Assembly (NCBI GenBank): GCA_041657885.1
Contig: JBBABB010000002.1
Location: forward strand, 25,483 to 89,482
DNA: 64,000 nt
DNA from: Minisyncoccota bacterium
Lineage (GTDB): Bacteria > Patescibacteriota > Minisyncoccia > Phycocordibacterales > UBA9973
Reading direction: 5' to 3'
Shown piece after piece: positions 18,995 through 28,312 of this stretch (positions within the stretch are counted from its first letter, which is position 1; each line of letters starts with the position of its first letter). The translations under genes were made by a program, and so were the position numbers. Below the pieces are notes generated by a model that saw only the letters and a program-made list of their open reading frames with translations, searched no databases and was not told the origin of the DNA.

Positions 18995-20521
18995 ATGAGT
19001 TTAACAATAATAATGATCGGGGCTCTGACTCTCGTAGTAGGTGTTGGAGTTGGGTATTATTTACGTCTCGTTATTTCTCTTGGTAAGAAGGGCTCTATGG
19101 AGCTTGAAATCAAGCAGATAATGTTGAAGGCAAAAGAAGATGCCCAAAAAGTTATAGACGAAGCCAAGAAAAAAGGAGAAGCGCATTTGAACGAAGTTAA
19201 TAAGGAGACAAAGCAAAAGGAGGAAGAGTGGAAGTTGACGGAGAATCGTCTCATAAAGAAAGACGAGATACTCGATAACCGTCAAGTAGAGATAGATAAG
19301 GAAGTAGAGAAGATAAAAGTTAAAATAGAAGAAGTAAAGAAAGTAAAAGAAAGGGTTGATGGCATGGAGGCTGAAAAAGAAAAAGCACTTGAAAAAGTTG
19401 CTGGCCTAACGCGCGACGATGCTAAAGAAGTTTTATTTAAAGATATAGAAACAAAATACGAAGAAGATTTGCTTATAAGAATGCAAAAAATGGAAGGTCT
19501 CAACACTGAAAAACTTGACCGCAGGGCAAAAGACATCCTTGCGACTAGTATCAATCGTCTTGCCTCATCAACGGCAAGTGAGATGATGACGACTTCAGTA
19601 AATATCCCAAATGATGATATCAAAGGTAAAATAATCGGTAAGGAAGGAAGAAATATTCGTGCTTTTGAGAAAACCTCTGGGGTTGAATTGATAATTGATG
19701 AAACTCCGGGAGCTATTGTGATTTCATCTTTTGACCCTGTCCGCCGGCAAGTTGCACGTCTGGCGCTTGAGAATTTAATTTTAGATGGGAGAATTCAACC
19801 AGCTAAAATTGAAGAAATAGTTGCTAAAGCTCAGGAAGATATAAATAAAATAATAAAAGAAAAGGGAGACCAAGCAGTTTATGAATGTGGGATATTAAAT
19901 CTTGACCCACGTATTAGTGCCATAGTTGGCCGTCTATATTTCAGAACCTCTTATGGACAAAATGTTCTTCAGCACTCTATTGAAATGGCTTACATTGCCG
20001 GAATGCTTGCTGAAGAACTTAACGCTGATGTCCAAATCGCTAAGGCGGGCGCACTTGTCCACGACATTGGTAAAGCTTTAGACCACGAAGTCCAAGGTAC
20101 ACATATAGATATAGGTATAAGAATTTTGCAGAAATTCGGAGCCGACCCACGCATTATAACAGCAATGAAAAGTCACCATGATGATACTCCTCATGAATCT
20201 CTTGAGGCTGTAATTGTTCAAACTGCCGATATGATTTCTGGTGGACGCCCTGGAGCTCGACGTGATAGTGTTGAAAATTATCTAAAACGATTACAAGAAC
20301 TTGAAGCCCTAACAAAAACATTTGAAGGAGTAGAAAAATCATACGCTCTATCAGCTGGACGCGAAATCCGCATATTTGTTACCCCAGAAAAAGTCTCAGA
20401 CCTTGAAGCAAAAGAAATGGCTCGTGACATTGCCAAGAAAATTGAGCAAGAACTCACTTACCCTGGTGAAATCCGCGTCACAATGATAAGAGAAAACCGA
20501 ATCATCGAATATGCAAGGTAG
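18995..20521 (+). CDS. rny: Ribonuclease Y.
   Basis: N-terminal TM helix, KH domain (IIGKEGRNIRAFE), HD domain (HSIEMAYIAGMLAEE ... LVHDIGKA). Confidence 0.93.
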   Translation: MSLTIIMIGALTLVVGVGVGYYLRLVISLGKKGSMELEIKQIMLKAKEDAQKVIDEAKKKGEAHLNEVNKETKQKEEEWKLTENRLIKKDEILDNRQVEIDKEVEKIKVKIEEVKKVKERVDGMEAEKEKALEKVAGLTRDDAKEVLFKDIETKYEEDLLIRMQKMEGLNTEKLDRRAKDILATSINRLASSTASEMMTTSVNIPNDDIKGKIIGKEGRNIRAFEKTSGVELIIDETPGAIVISSFDPVRRQVARLALENLILDGRIQPAKIEEIVAKAQEDINKIIKEKGDQAVYECGILNLDPRISAIVGRLYFRTSYGQNVLQHSIEMAYIAGMLAEELNADVQIAKAGALVHDIGKALDHEVQGTHIDIGIRILQKFGADPRIITAMKSHHDDTPHESLEAVIVQTADMISGGRPGARRDSVENYLKRLQELEALTKTFEGVEKSYALSAGREIRIFVTPEKVSDLEAKEMARDIAKKIEQELTYPGEIRVTMIRENRIIEYAR

Positions 20522-20538
20522 AATAATGTAATTCGGGG

Positions 20539-20683
20539 CTTGCCCCCACACCTATATTCCCATAGCTTTTATTCTGTTAAGCAAAATTCCTAATCATTTC
20601 ATATTTTTGATTGAATTATAGAGTTATAACCTTTTTTTATTGAAAAAGCAGAATAATGGGAATATAGGTGTGGGGGCTTGTAT
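20539..20683. repeat. P-family MITE-like element. TIRs cttgCCCCCACACCTATATTCCCAT / ATGGGAATATAGGTGTGGGGGcttg.
   Basis: A perfect inverted repeat of about 25 bp. Internal sequence is homologous to the copy at 7031-7128. Confidence 0.85.
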
Positions 20684-20805
20684 TAAAATTAGCTTGGTAT
20701 ATAATAACATCATACCTATTTATTAGGGATCGTTTGCAAACGGTCGAATATTATTCAGATAGAATGTATATTTTTTTGTTTTTTTAAAAAAATACACAAA
20801 AAATA

Positions 20806-21078
20806 ATGAATAAACAAGCATTAGTAGAACTCGTTCATGAAAAGCTTGGTGGTACAAAGGTACAAGCTGAAGAAATTGTGAACGCAATGTTTGATGCTAT
20901 CGTTGCTACTTTGAAAAAAGGAGACGAGGTATCAATCGCAGGTATTGGGATCTTCTCTGTCAAGGCACGTGCAGCCCGCATGGCTCGCAACCCAAAGACA
21001 GGAGAACAAGTCAAAGTAGCTGCAACAAAAGTTCCTAAGTTTAGAGCAGCAAAGGCTCTTAAGGAAGCTGTAAAATAA
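20806..21078 (+). CDS. hup: HU-family DNA-binding protein.
   Basis: 90 aa, GIGIFSVKARAARMARNPKTGEQVKVAATKVPKFRAAKALK. Confidence 0.93.
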   Translation: MNKQALVELVHEKLGGTKVQAEEIVNAMFDAIVATLKKGDEVSIAGIGIFSVKARAARMARNPKTGEQVKVAATKVPKFRAAKALKEAVK

Positions 21079-21102
21079 TTCGCCTCTCGTGTGAATTAAA
21101 TA

Positions 21103-21136
21103 AAAACCACTCTATTCTATCTATGAGTGGTTTTTA
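21103..21136. terminator. Bidirectional hairpin terminator between hup and zupT.
   Basis: AAAAACCACTC-tattctatctat-GAGTGGTTTTT. Confidence 0.65.
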
Positions 21137-21138
21137 TT

Positions 21139-21888
21139 TTATTCGAGTAAAAGCAGAGCGAGCATTGATATAATGCCAAGCATTATTATTCCCAATTGAA
21201 TTATTGAATGTTTTAATTCTTTTGTTTTATGAAGTTCTGGAATTAAATCTGCAACTGCTATATATATAAATCCTCCAGCAGCGATAGGGATAAACCACAG
21301 AGCAACATTTTCAACTATATTTCCAAAAATAAAAACAATCGCAAGCCCAAGAACGGAAGCGAGAGCAGAAATAAAGTTTAGCCATAAAGCACGTTTTTTC
21401 GTGTACCCTGAGTGTATTAAAACGGCAAAATCCCCTATTTCTTGTGGTATTTCGTGAAGAACCACTGCCAGTGTTGTTGCAATCCCTACCGGGATACTAA
21501 CCAAAAAACTCGCACCAATAATCGCCCCATCAATAAAATTGTGAAATCCATCTGTAAAAAGAATCAGCTTCCCTACTGGATGAATACCACTTTCATCTTT
21601 ATCTTCTCCGTGATGATGCCAATGAATAAATTTCTCTATCACAAAAAATAAAAGAATTCCAGCAATAACTAAAATGCTTGATAAATTTGCACCTAAATTA
21701 CTTTTAAATGTTTCTGGAATAATATGAATAAATGCATCCCCCAAAAGAGCTCCAATAGCCAAACTAATAAAAAAGTTTATATATTTTTTCAAAACCTCTT
21801 CTCTTAAAGAGAGAGAGAGAACCCCGACAAGTGAGACTAAACTCACTATTATGACACTTACAAATGCATATAAATAGTTTATCGTCAT
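21139..21888 (-). CDS. zupT: ZIP-family zinc transporter.
   Basis: HEIPQEIGDFAVLIHSGY motif, multi-TM, His-rich loop HWHHHGEDKDESGIH. Confidence 0.85.
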   Translation of the reverse strand: MTINYLYAFVSVIIVSLVSLVGVLSLSLREEVLKKYINFFISLAIGALLGDAFIHIIPETFKSNLGANLSSILVIAGILLFFVIEKFIHWHHHGEDKDESGIHPVGKLILFTDGFHNFIDGAIIGASFLVSIPVGIATTLAVVLHEIPQEIGDFAVLIHSGYTKKRALWLNFISALASVLGLAIVFIFGNIVENVALWFIPIAAGGFIYIAVADLIPELHKTKELKHSIIQLGIIMLGIISMLALLLLE

Positions 21889-21962
21889 ATGATAATCATA
21901 ATAGCATAAATAATATAAAAATTGTTTTTAATGTAAAATATGATAAGATAAGAAAATCATAT

Positions 21963-22033
21963 CGGGGTGTAGTATATCGGTAGTATCCATGTTTTGGGAA
22001 CATGAGGGCCGGGTTCGATTCCCGGCACCCCGA
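21963..22033 (+). tRNA. tRNA-Pro(UGG).
   Basis: Cloverleaf: acceptor CGGGGTG/CACCCCG, anticodon stem CATGT/ACATG with loop TTTGGGA, T-arm CCGGG-TTCGATT-CCCGG. The D-stem has two G-U pairs. Confidence 0.8.
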
Positions 22034-22143
22034 CATTATAAAAAGGATTCTCTCGTGAGAACTTTTTTCTTATTGTCACTCTTCCTTCCTTTTGATACAC
22101 TATATATATTAAAAGGTCACAAAATTAATTTGAAAATAATAAT

Positions 22144-22395
22144 ATGAACTTGAGAGAAATACTTGGTGGTCCCGCGCAAGATAAGGATGACATTTTAAAT
22201 TTTCTAGGGGAAAAAGAATATTCTATTGTAATAAAAAACGGTAAAAAACATTTACTTAAAAAAGGTCAACCAACCATGCGCACAGGTTATGATAGTTTTT
22301 TTATAAGGGATGGGGCTGTCTGGGGAAAAATCGGTATACAAGAGGACCTTATTATAGCTCCTGAAAAAATAGACACTAAAAAGAACCTGAGCTAG
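22144..22395 (+). CDS. Hypothetical small protein (83 aa).
   Basis: ORF only. Confidence 0.4.
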   Translation: MNLREILGGPAQDKDDILNFLGEKEYSIVIKNGKKHLLKKGQPTMRTGYDSFFIRDGAVWGKIGIQEDLIIAPEKIDTKKNLS

Positions 22396-22530
22396 TGGAA
22401 GAAATGCATGCTTAAATAAGAGTGAAATTAAAAACTATTTAAATTTGTAAAATATTAATTTTTCGGATATAATCAAAAACAATAAAGTGATAACAATAGC
22501 GGGCATTGCCCCGCCGTAGCTTTAGCGGAG

Positions 22531-22601
22531 GCGGGGTTAGTTAAATGGTATAACTCTAGTTTTCCAAACTAGTGTCAGGAGTCCGATTCTCCTACCCCGC
22601 A
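22531..22601 (+). tRNA. tRNA-Gly(UCC).
   Basis: GCGGGGT-TA-GTTA-AATGGTA-TAAC-T-CTAGT-TTTCCAA-ACTAG-TGTC-AGGAG-TCCGATT-CTCCT-ACCCCGC-A. Confidence 0.88.
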
Positions 22602-22610
22602 CAAATCAAA

Positions 22611-22793
22611 CTACAGACCTAAAGACCCCCTAACCCGTTCAATCTCTTCCTTCAGTTTTTCTTTATTCTCTTCTACTATTTTTTTCGATTGCATAGGGCC
22701 AAATTCTTTTTCTTGTTTTTCTTTTTGGACCTCTTTTCCTAGGACGTTATTTAATTCTCTTTGTGATCGTTCTAAAGATGCCATAATAAACAT
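22611..22793 (-). CDS. Hypothetical small K/E-rich protein (60 aa), co-oriented with yraN.
   Basis: ORF only. Confidence 0.35.
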   Translation of the reverse strand: MFIMASLERSQRELNNVLGKEVQKEKQEKEFGPMQSKKIVEENKEKLKEEIERVRGSLGL

Positions 22794-22800
22794 TATACCA

Positions 22801-23217
22801 CTACAATATTATATTATCCACAACCTTTACTCTCGCTTTTCTGTTGTCCAAATCTAGATAGACCACCAAAAGGTCAAATTGCCAATCAACATACCCCAAT
22901 CTTTTGCTTATAAGATAGGTCTCTACTACCCTTCTCAACCTTCTCATTTTCATTGGATGCATATTTTCCTCTGACCGTCCTGCACCATTCTCCAAAACTT
23001 CTTTTTGTGGATAAACATAATCTAAATTTGAAACACTTTTTGATTTAACTTCAATAAAATATCTTTTATCATTTTTTTGAGCAATAATATCAATTTCTCC
23101 CCATTTCTTTGTATAATTTCTTTCTAATATAGAAAAGCCATGTTTAATGAGAAACTTGCAGGCTACTCCTTCACCCAACTCACCTATTTTTTGAGAATTT
23201 GAGGTAAAATTTTTCAT
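22801..23217 (-). CDS. yraN: YraN-family (UPF0102) endonuclease.
   Basis: GELGEGVACKFLIKHGFSILERN ... GEIDIIAQKNDKRYFIEVKSK. Confidence 0.85.
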   Translation of the reverse strand: MKNFTSNSQKIGELGEGVACKFLIKHGFSILERNYTKKWGEIDIIAQKNDKRYFIEVKSKSVSNLDYVYPQKEVLENGAGRSEENMHPMKMRRLRRVVETYLISKRLGYVDWQFDLLVVYLDLDNRKARVKVVDNIIL

Positions 23218-23501
23218 ATTACATTTAAAATCGTTTCACGTGAAACTATATTAATATAATGGACACAAAAACAACAAAACCAAAATGGTCTTTATAAAAA
23301 TATCTTTATTTATCAAGGTATTATTGTCAAAACTTCAATTATTTGTCTCTCATAAAAATGACCTCAGTTGTGTCTTTTATAAACAATACACACATAGTTA
23401 TCCACAGAAGTCTTAATTTTAAAGTGTTCTGGATGTGGATAAAGGACTAATAAAGGTCAAACCGTAAATTAATTTTTCAAGTATAAAAAGACTTCTTTTT
23501 G

Positions 23502-23570
23502 TGCGGGATAGGAGAATCGGACTCCTGTCAAATGATTGGCAACCATTTGTTCTACCACTGAACCAATCCC
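23502..23570 (-). tRNA. tRNA-Gly(GCC).
   Basis: Reverse complement gives GCGGGAT-TG-GTTC-AGTGGTA-GAAC-A-AATGG-TTGCCAA-TCATT-TGAC-AGGAG-TCCGATT-CTCCT-ATCCCGC-A. Confidence 0.88.
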
Positions 23571-23724
23571 GCAAACTTAAAATAACTCATAAATTATAAT
23601 CATTTTTTGTAAAAAATGCAATTGTAATTTTATGCTTATTTTTAAAGCTTATTTACTAAAATATTAAATTAGTATATAATTAGATTTGTCAGTTGAGAAA
23701 ATTATTAAATAAATAATTACATAT

Positions 23725-23796
23725 GCACCCGTAGTGAAATGGATATCATGTCTGCCTTCGAAGCAGTTGTTCCAAGTTCGAGTCTTGGCGGGTGCA
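23725..23796 (+). tRNA. tRNA-Arg(UCG).
   Basis: GCACCCG-TA-GTGA-AATGGATA-TCAT-G-TCTGC-CTTCGAA-GCAGT-TGTT-CCAAG-TTCGAGT-CTTGG-CGGGTGC-A. Confidence 0.8.
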
Positions 23797-23847
23797 CCTT
23801 ATATAGTTAGATAGGGCTAGATAGGGCTTAAAGCCCTATCTGAAAAT

Positions 23848-25407
23848 ATGCAAACAAACAATTTTAAAATCCCCAAATATGTTACACATGTAACATCCAC
23901 TCTCGAAAAAGCCGGTTTCGAGGCTTTTCTAGTTGGTGGGTGTGTTCGTGATCTAATTATGAGTAGAGAACCGAAGGATTGGGATATTACAACTAATGCC
24001 AAACCAGAAGAGATAATCCCTCTATTTGAAAAGACTATATATGAAAATAAATTTGGAACTGTCGGAGTAGTTCTCCCCCTTACCCCTCCGGCTTCCAGCC
24101 ACCTCCCCTTAGCAGGGGAGGAAAAAACCATAGTAGAAGTTACGCCATACCGAACTGAGGCAAAATATAGTGATTTTAGGCATCCAGATGAAGTTAAATT
24201 CAGCGACAACATAGAAGACGACTTAAAAAGACGTGATTTTACAATAAATGCAATGGCTTACGCGCCCGCCATAGCTTCAGCAAAGGAAGGTAATTTTTCT
24301 AAAGGACATCTCATTGACCTTTATAAAGGACAAGAGGATATAAAGGACAAAGTAATTAGGACAGTGGGAGCCCCAAAAGACAGGTTCAATGAAGATGCTC
24401 TTCGCATGCTTAGAGCAGTTAGATTGTCAACTCAACTCAATTTTGCAGTTTCATATGAAACCATGCAGGCCATTTCTGACGGCGCAGAACTGATTAAAAA
24501 CATATCTTTTGAAAGAATCCGCGATGAATTTACTAAGATTATAATGTCTAACGACCCTGTGGTGGGAATTGGCCTTCTTTCTAAATTAGGACTCCTAAAA
24601 CACATTATTCCTGAATTAGAAGAGGGAGTTGGCTGTGAGCAAAAGGGTGAGCATATATATGACGTTTGGGAGCACTTACTTCACGCCCTTGATCATGCTG
24701 CCCAAAAGGGGTGGTCTCTGGAAGTTAGACTCTCGGCCTTGTTTCATGACATTGGCAAACCCAGGTCTAGAAGAAAGGGGGAGAAAAAGGCCTATACTTT
24801 CTATGGGCATGAAGTAATTGGCTCACGAATGACCCAAAAGATTATGGAGCGCCTAAAATACCCAAAGGAGACAACGGAAATGGTCATTCGTTTCACGAGA
24901 AACCATATGTTCTTCTCTGATACTGAGAAAATAACCCTTTCGGCCGTCCGTCGTATCGTTCAACATGTTGGACCCTCCGACGCTAAAGCTATGGCGGGCA
25001 AAGAAGAAAATCATCCTATCTGGGACCTTATGAAAGTTCGTGAATGTGATAGGGTAGGGATGAAAAAGAAAGAAGCCCCTTATCGCCTAAGGAAATACCA
25101 CGCTATGATTGAAGAAGTTCTTCATGACCCGATATCTGTCGGCCAACTTGCAATTGATGGGAAAATAATGATAGAGGAGTTACACATGAAACCCGGACCA
25201 AGAATGGGGTGGATTTTGAATGCACTTCTTGAGGAAGTTCTGGATGACCCAACTAAAAATACGGCTGAACATCTATCCGAACTTGTAAAATCTCTAGATA
25301 TGCTCGGCGACGCGGAACTTAAAACGCTAGGGGAGAGAGGAAAAGAGAAAAAAGATGAACTTGAGAAAGAAGAAGTAGAAAAGCTCCACAAAAAGCACGG
25401 AGTATAA
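23848..25407 (+). CDS. cca: CCA-adding tRNA nucleotidyltransferase with a C-terminal HD domain.
   Basis: GGCVRDLIMSREPKDWDITT head motif, RRDFTINAMAY, HD motif LFHDIGKP. Contains an in-frame GC-rich family A insertion (..LPLTPPASSHLPLAGEE..). Confidence 0.9.
   Translation: MQTNNFKIPKYVTHVTSTLEKAGFEAFLVGGCVRDLIMSREPKDWDITTNAKPEEIIPLFEKTIYENKFGTVGVVLPLTPPASSHLPLAGEEKTIVEVTPYRTEAKYSDFRHPDEVKFSDNIEDDLKRRDFTINAMAYAPAIASAKEGNFSKGHLIDLYKGQEDIKDKVIRTVGAPKDRFNEDALRMLRAVRLSTQLNFAVSYETMQAISDGAELIKNISFERIRDEFTKIIMSNDPVVGIGLLSKLGLLKHIIPELEEGVGCEQKGEHIYDVWEHLLHALDHAAQKGWSLEVRLSALFHDIGKPRSRRKGEKKAYTFYGHEVIGSRMTQKIMERLKYPKETTEMVIRFTRNHMFFSDTEKITLSAVRRIVQHVGPSDAKAMAGKEENHPIWDLMKVRECDRVGMKKKEAPYRLRKYHAMIEEVLHDPISVGQLAIDGKIMIEELHMKPGPRMGWILNALLEEVLDDPTKNTAEHLSELVKSLDMLGDAELKTLGERGKEKKDELEKEEVEKLHKKHGV
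24076..24127. repeat. GC-rich element, family A copy (reverse complement), in-frame within cca.
   Basis: Reverse complement ggttttTTCCTCCCCTGCTAAGGGGAGGTgGCtgGAAgCCGGAGGGGTaagggg matches 1294-1337 and 59572-59666. Confidence 0.75.
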
Positions 25408-25447
25408 AAAACGACTAGGTCTTGCCTAGTCGTTTTAATTAGTTTCT

Positions 25448-26266
25448 TTAACATTTAATTTTATTGATGGCCCAAATAATTGTGTTCCACAATAAAATCT
25501 CCCCTTGTATTTCCAACCTTCCCACATCACTTACAATTTCATTTTTTTTCTCTAAAAAAGAAAACCTTTTTTGAACTAGCTCCAAATATTTTTGTAATTG
25601 CTCATTATTACAGTTTTTAAAAATATTTGATACATCTTTTATATGGGAAACCTGATAAGTTGGAGGAGCGTCATATAAAAAAAGATCAATAAAGGATTCA
25701 TTTTTAGTAAGTTTTAATTTAAAAGAGTCATCCACTGTGATTTTTAAATCCGAATAATCAGGGACGATAATCTTTAACTTCTCAATGAACAAATCCTCCC
25801 ATAACCCATAAAAATATGACCTGTAATAATATAATTCTTGAGGTGTTTCTCTCTCAAAACAACGACAAGCATCTTTACAAAATTGTATGCCAGTATTCTG
25901 TACTTTTTGTTTTATGAATTTTTTCAATAGATAATCAGTTTCTAGTTCAAAACGATACTTTGCAGTATAAAAAAATTTTTTATACTTTAAATATAACAAA
26001 TCATGACTAAAAAAAGAAAAATCTATCACAAGCCAGATGTCTATGTTTTTCTCTAGAGGTGGTTCAAAGAACTTCATCCAAGAAAGATAGAGTACATAGT
26101 AACAATATTCCTTTTGGTTTTCTGAAAGAGATTCATCTTCTCTAAGTTTTAAAAGAACCTCTCTATGAGTATAGGGGGTATTTGACTCCAACCCTAGTTT
26201 GCTCATATAACAATTTGCTTCATTAAGATTTCTTAAGAAGTTTTTACTCCTAGGTATTTTTTTCAT
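25448..26266 (-). CDS. Hypothetical protein (272 aa).
   Basis: Long ORF with no recognisable motif. Confidence 0.5.
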   Translation of the reverse strand: MKKIPRSKNFLRNLNEANCYMSKLGLESNTPYTHREVLLKLREDESLSENQKEYCYYVLYLSWMKFFEPPLEKNIDIWLVIDFSFFSHDLLYLKYKKFFYTAKYRFELETDYLLKKFIKQKVQNTGIQFCKDACRCFERETPQELYYYRSYFYGLWEDLFIEKLKIIVPDYSDLKITVDDSFKLKLTKNESFIDLFLYDAPPTYQVSHIKDVSNIFKNCNNEQLQKYLELVQKRFSFLEKKNEIVSDVGRLEIQGEILLWNTIIWAINKIKC

Positions 26267-26431
26267 TTTGCTTTATATTAAATTGTGAATAATTTTATTT
26301 GAACATAGTATAGCAAATTGTAAATATATTGTCAAGCGGTATCGTCTATTTTATCCTAATTTTAAAGGGTATTTGGGGATTACATTATTTTTTGTCGGTC
26401 TATATTGACAACAAAAACATAAGGGTATATA

Positions 26432-27226
26432 ATGGTAAAAATGAAAAAAGTATTACAATCACAAACAGAAAAAGTGCTACTTGATGTAGGTTTTTCTGAA
26501 AAAGAAATAGCAGTTTATGTAGCTCTTTTATCTCTCGGAAAAGGTATTGTCACAAAAATATCACGAACTGCTTCTATTAGTAGGACTACCACTTATGATA
26601 TTCTTGACAATTTATCTCAAAAAGGATTAGTTAGAATATCGGGGAAAGAACCTAAGCAAGAATACATAGCGGAACCACCAGAGAAATTAGAAAAATTTAT
26701 TATTGAAGAAATTGAGAAGAAAAATAATAACTTAAGTAAAATAAAAGATATAATTCCAGAATTAAGGTCTGTGTACACAGAAGGAGAAAGACCAAAAATA
26801 AAATTTTATGAGGGGCTTGATGGGTTAGCTGAAGTATACGACGACACTTTAACCGCCAAAGAGACAATAGTGGCTTATGCATGTTATGAGGACATGGAAC
26901 CATTATTACCAAAATATTTTGAAAGTTATTATAAGCGCCGAGTCAAAAACAAGATTTTTGCTCGTGGTATTGTTCCAGAAACTCCTATGGCAATAGAGCA
27001 TAAAAAAAGAGATTTAGAAGAAATGAGAGAATTATCACTTGTCCCAAAAGATAAATATAATTTTACTCCAGATATTGAAATATATGATAATAAAGTTATG
27101 ATTGCTTCTTGGAAAGAAAAACTTGGAATAATAATAGAATCACAAGAAATATCTGACGCAATGAAAAAGATTTTCGAACTGGCGTGGATTGGAGCAAAAC
27201 AATTTAAAAAAGAAAAGAACTTTTAA
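26432..27226 (+). CDS. TrmB-family HTH transcriptional regulator.
   Basis: N-terminal wHTH LLDVGFSEKEIAVYVALLSLGKGIVTKISRTASISRTTTYDILDNLSQKGLV. Confidence 0.7.
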   Translation: MVKMKKVLQSQTEKVLLDVGFSEKEIAVYVALLSLGKGIVTKISRTASISRTTTYDILDNLSQKGLVRISGKEPKQEYIAEPPEKLEKFIIEEIEKKNNNLSKIKDIIPELRSVYTEGERPKIKFYEGLDGLAEVYDDTLTAKETIVAYACYEDMEPLLPKYFESYYKRRVKNKIFARGIVPETPMAIEHKKRDLEEMRELSLVPKDKYNFTPDIEIYDNKVMIASWKEKLGIIIESQEISDAMKKIFELAWIGAKQFKKEKNF

Positions 27227-27398
27227 AAAACCAACTAGTTCCAAATTAGAACTAGTTCAAAAGATGGTTAAATAGACCTAAAAAGCAATTATTGCAAAAA
27301 ATGCAACAGTTCAAATTGAATTGAAGAAAAAAGCAATATGCAAAAAATGCACATTGCTAATTCAGACAAACCCGGTCACACAACTGCTTAGATAAAGA

Positions 27399-28214
27399 TT
27401 AAAACTCTATCATTATCGGACAGTGGTCGGAGCCATAATAATCGGACATTGTTTTGAAACTTTTTATTTTGGAAACAAAAGATTGATTTGTGAAAAAATA
27501 ATCTAACCGCCAGCCGACGTTTCTGTCGCGAGCACGAGTTTTAATATCCCAGTAAGTGTAGACATCTTTTTTATTTGGATAAAAATTGCGAAATATATCT
27601 ACCCAACCATTATTCACGACTTCATCAAGCCAAGCGCGCTCTATTGGCAAGAAGCCTGTATTATCAGCATTCTCTTTTGGTCGAGCTAAATCAATTTCTT
27701 TGTGGGCAGTATTTATATCGCCACAAAAAATTACACTGCGTCCCGCTGTAGCTTTATGCGAAAGCGGATTATTTCCATTTTTTAATTTATTTATAAATTC
27801 TAAAAATGCATCATAAAATTCAAGTTTGTAATTGAGTCGTTCTTCTCCTCCTCCGCTGTTAGGAAAGTAGCAGTTTATTAAAACAAAATCAGGGTAGTAA
27901 GCAACAAGTGTTCGTCCCTCATCATCAAATTTTGGAATTCCAAAACCATATTCAACTTTTTCTGGTTCGGTTTTTGAATATATTACTACACCACTGTATC
28001 CTTTTCTCCCTTTTGAATATGAAAAGTATGAATGATATCCTTTTAAATTCCTAGATTTCTCATCGAGTTGTTCTGGTTCGCATTTGGTTTCTTGAAGACA
28101 AACAATATCTGGCCCGCCTGCGCAGGCAGGATTATTAAAAGCAAACAAGGGAATAAAATTCTCTTGTTTTATTGTCGCCCGTAAGCCGTTCGTGTTCCAA
28201 CTGATAATCTTCAT
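27399..28214 (-). CDS. xth: Exodeoxyribonuclease III / AP endonuclease.
   Basis: MKIISWNTNGLRA, LQETK, and the C-terminal WRLDYFF..SDHCP signature. Confidence 0.9.
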   Translation of the reverse strand: MKIISWNTNGLRATIKQENFIPLFAFNNPACAGGPDIVCLQETKCEPEQLDEKSRNLKGYHSYFSYSKGRKGYSGVVIYSKTEPEKVEYGFGIPKFDDEGRTLVAYYPDFVLINCYFPNSGGGEERLNYKLEFYDAFLEFINKLKNGNNPLSHKATAGRSVIFCGDINTAHKEIDLARPKENADNTGFLPIERAWLDEVVNNGWVDIFRNFYPNKKDVYTYWDIKTRARDRNVGWRLDYFFTNQSFVSKIKSFKTMSDYYGSDHCPIMIEF

Positions 28215-28312
28215 ACAATTATTATATCATTAATCCTTATATTGAGTATTTGATCTTAAAAGAGTATAATTTTAAGAGGAAGTCAAGATTATTATAAATT
28301 AATATAAAAACT

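Noticed and set aside
23218-23500. Chromosomal replication origin
   Set aside because: Only two or three perfect DnaA boxes, no dnaA or dnaN nearby, and no clear DUE. The evidence is insufficient, so it is noted as an observation only.
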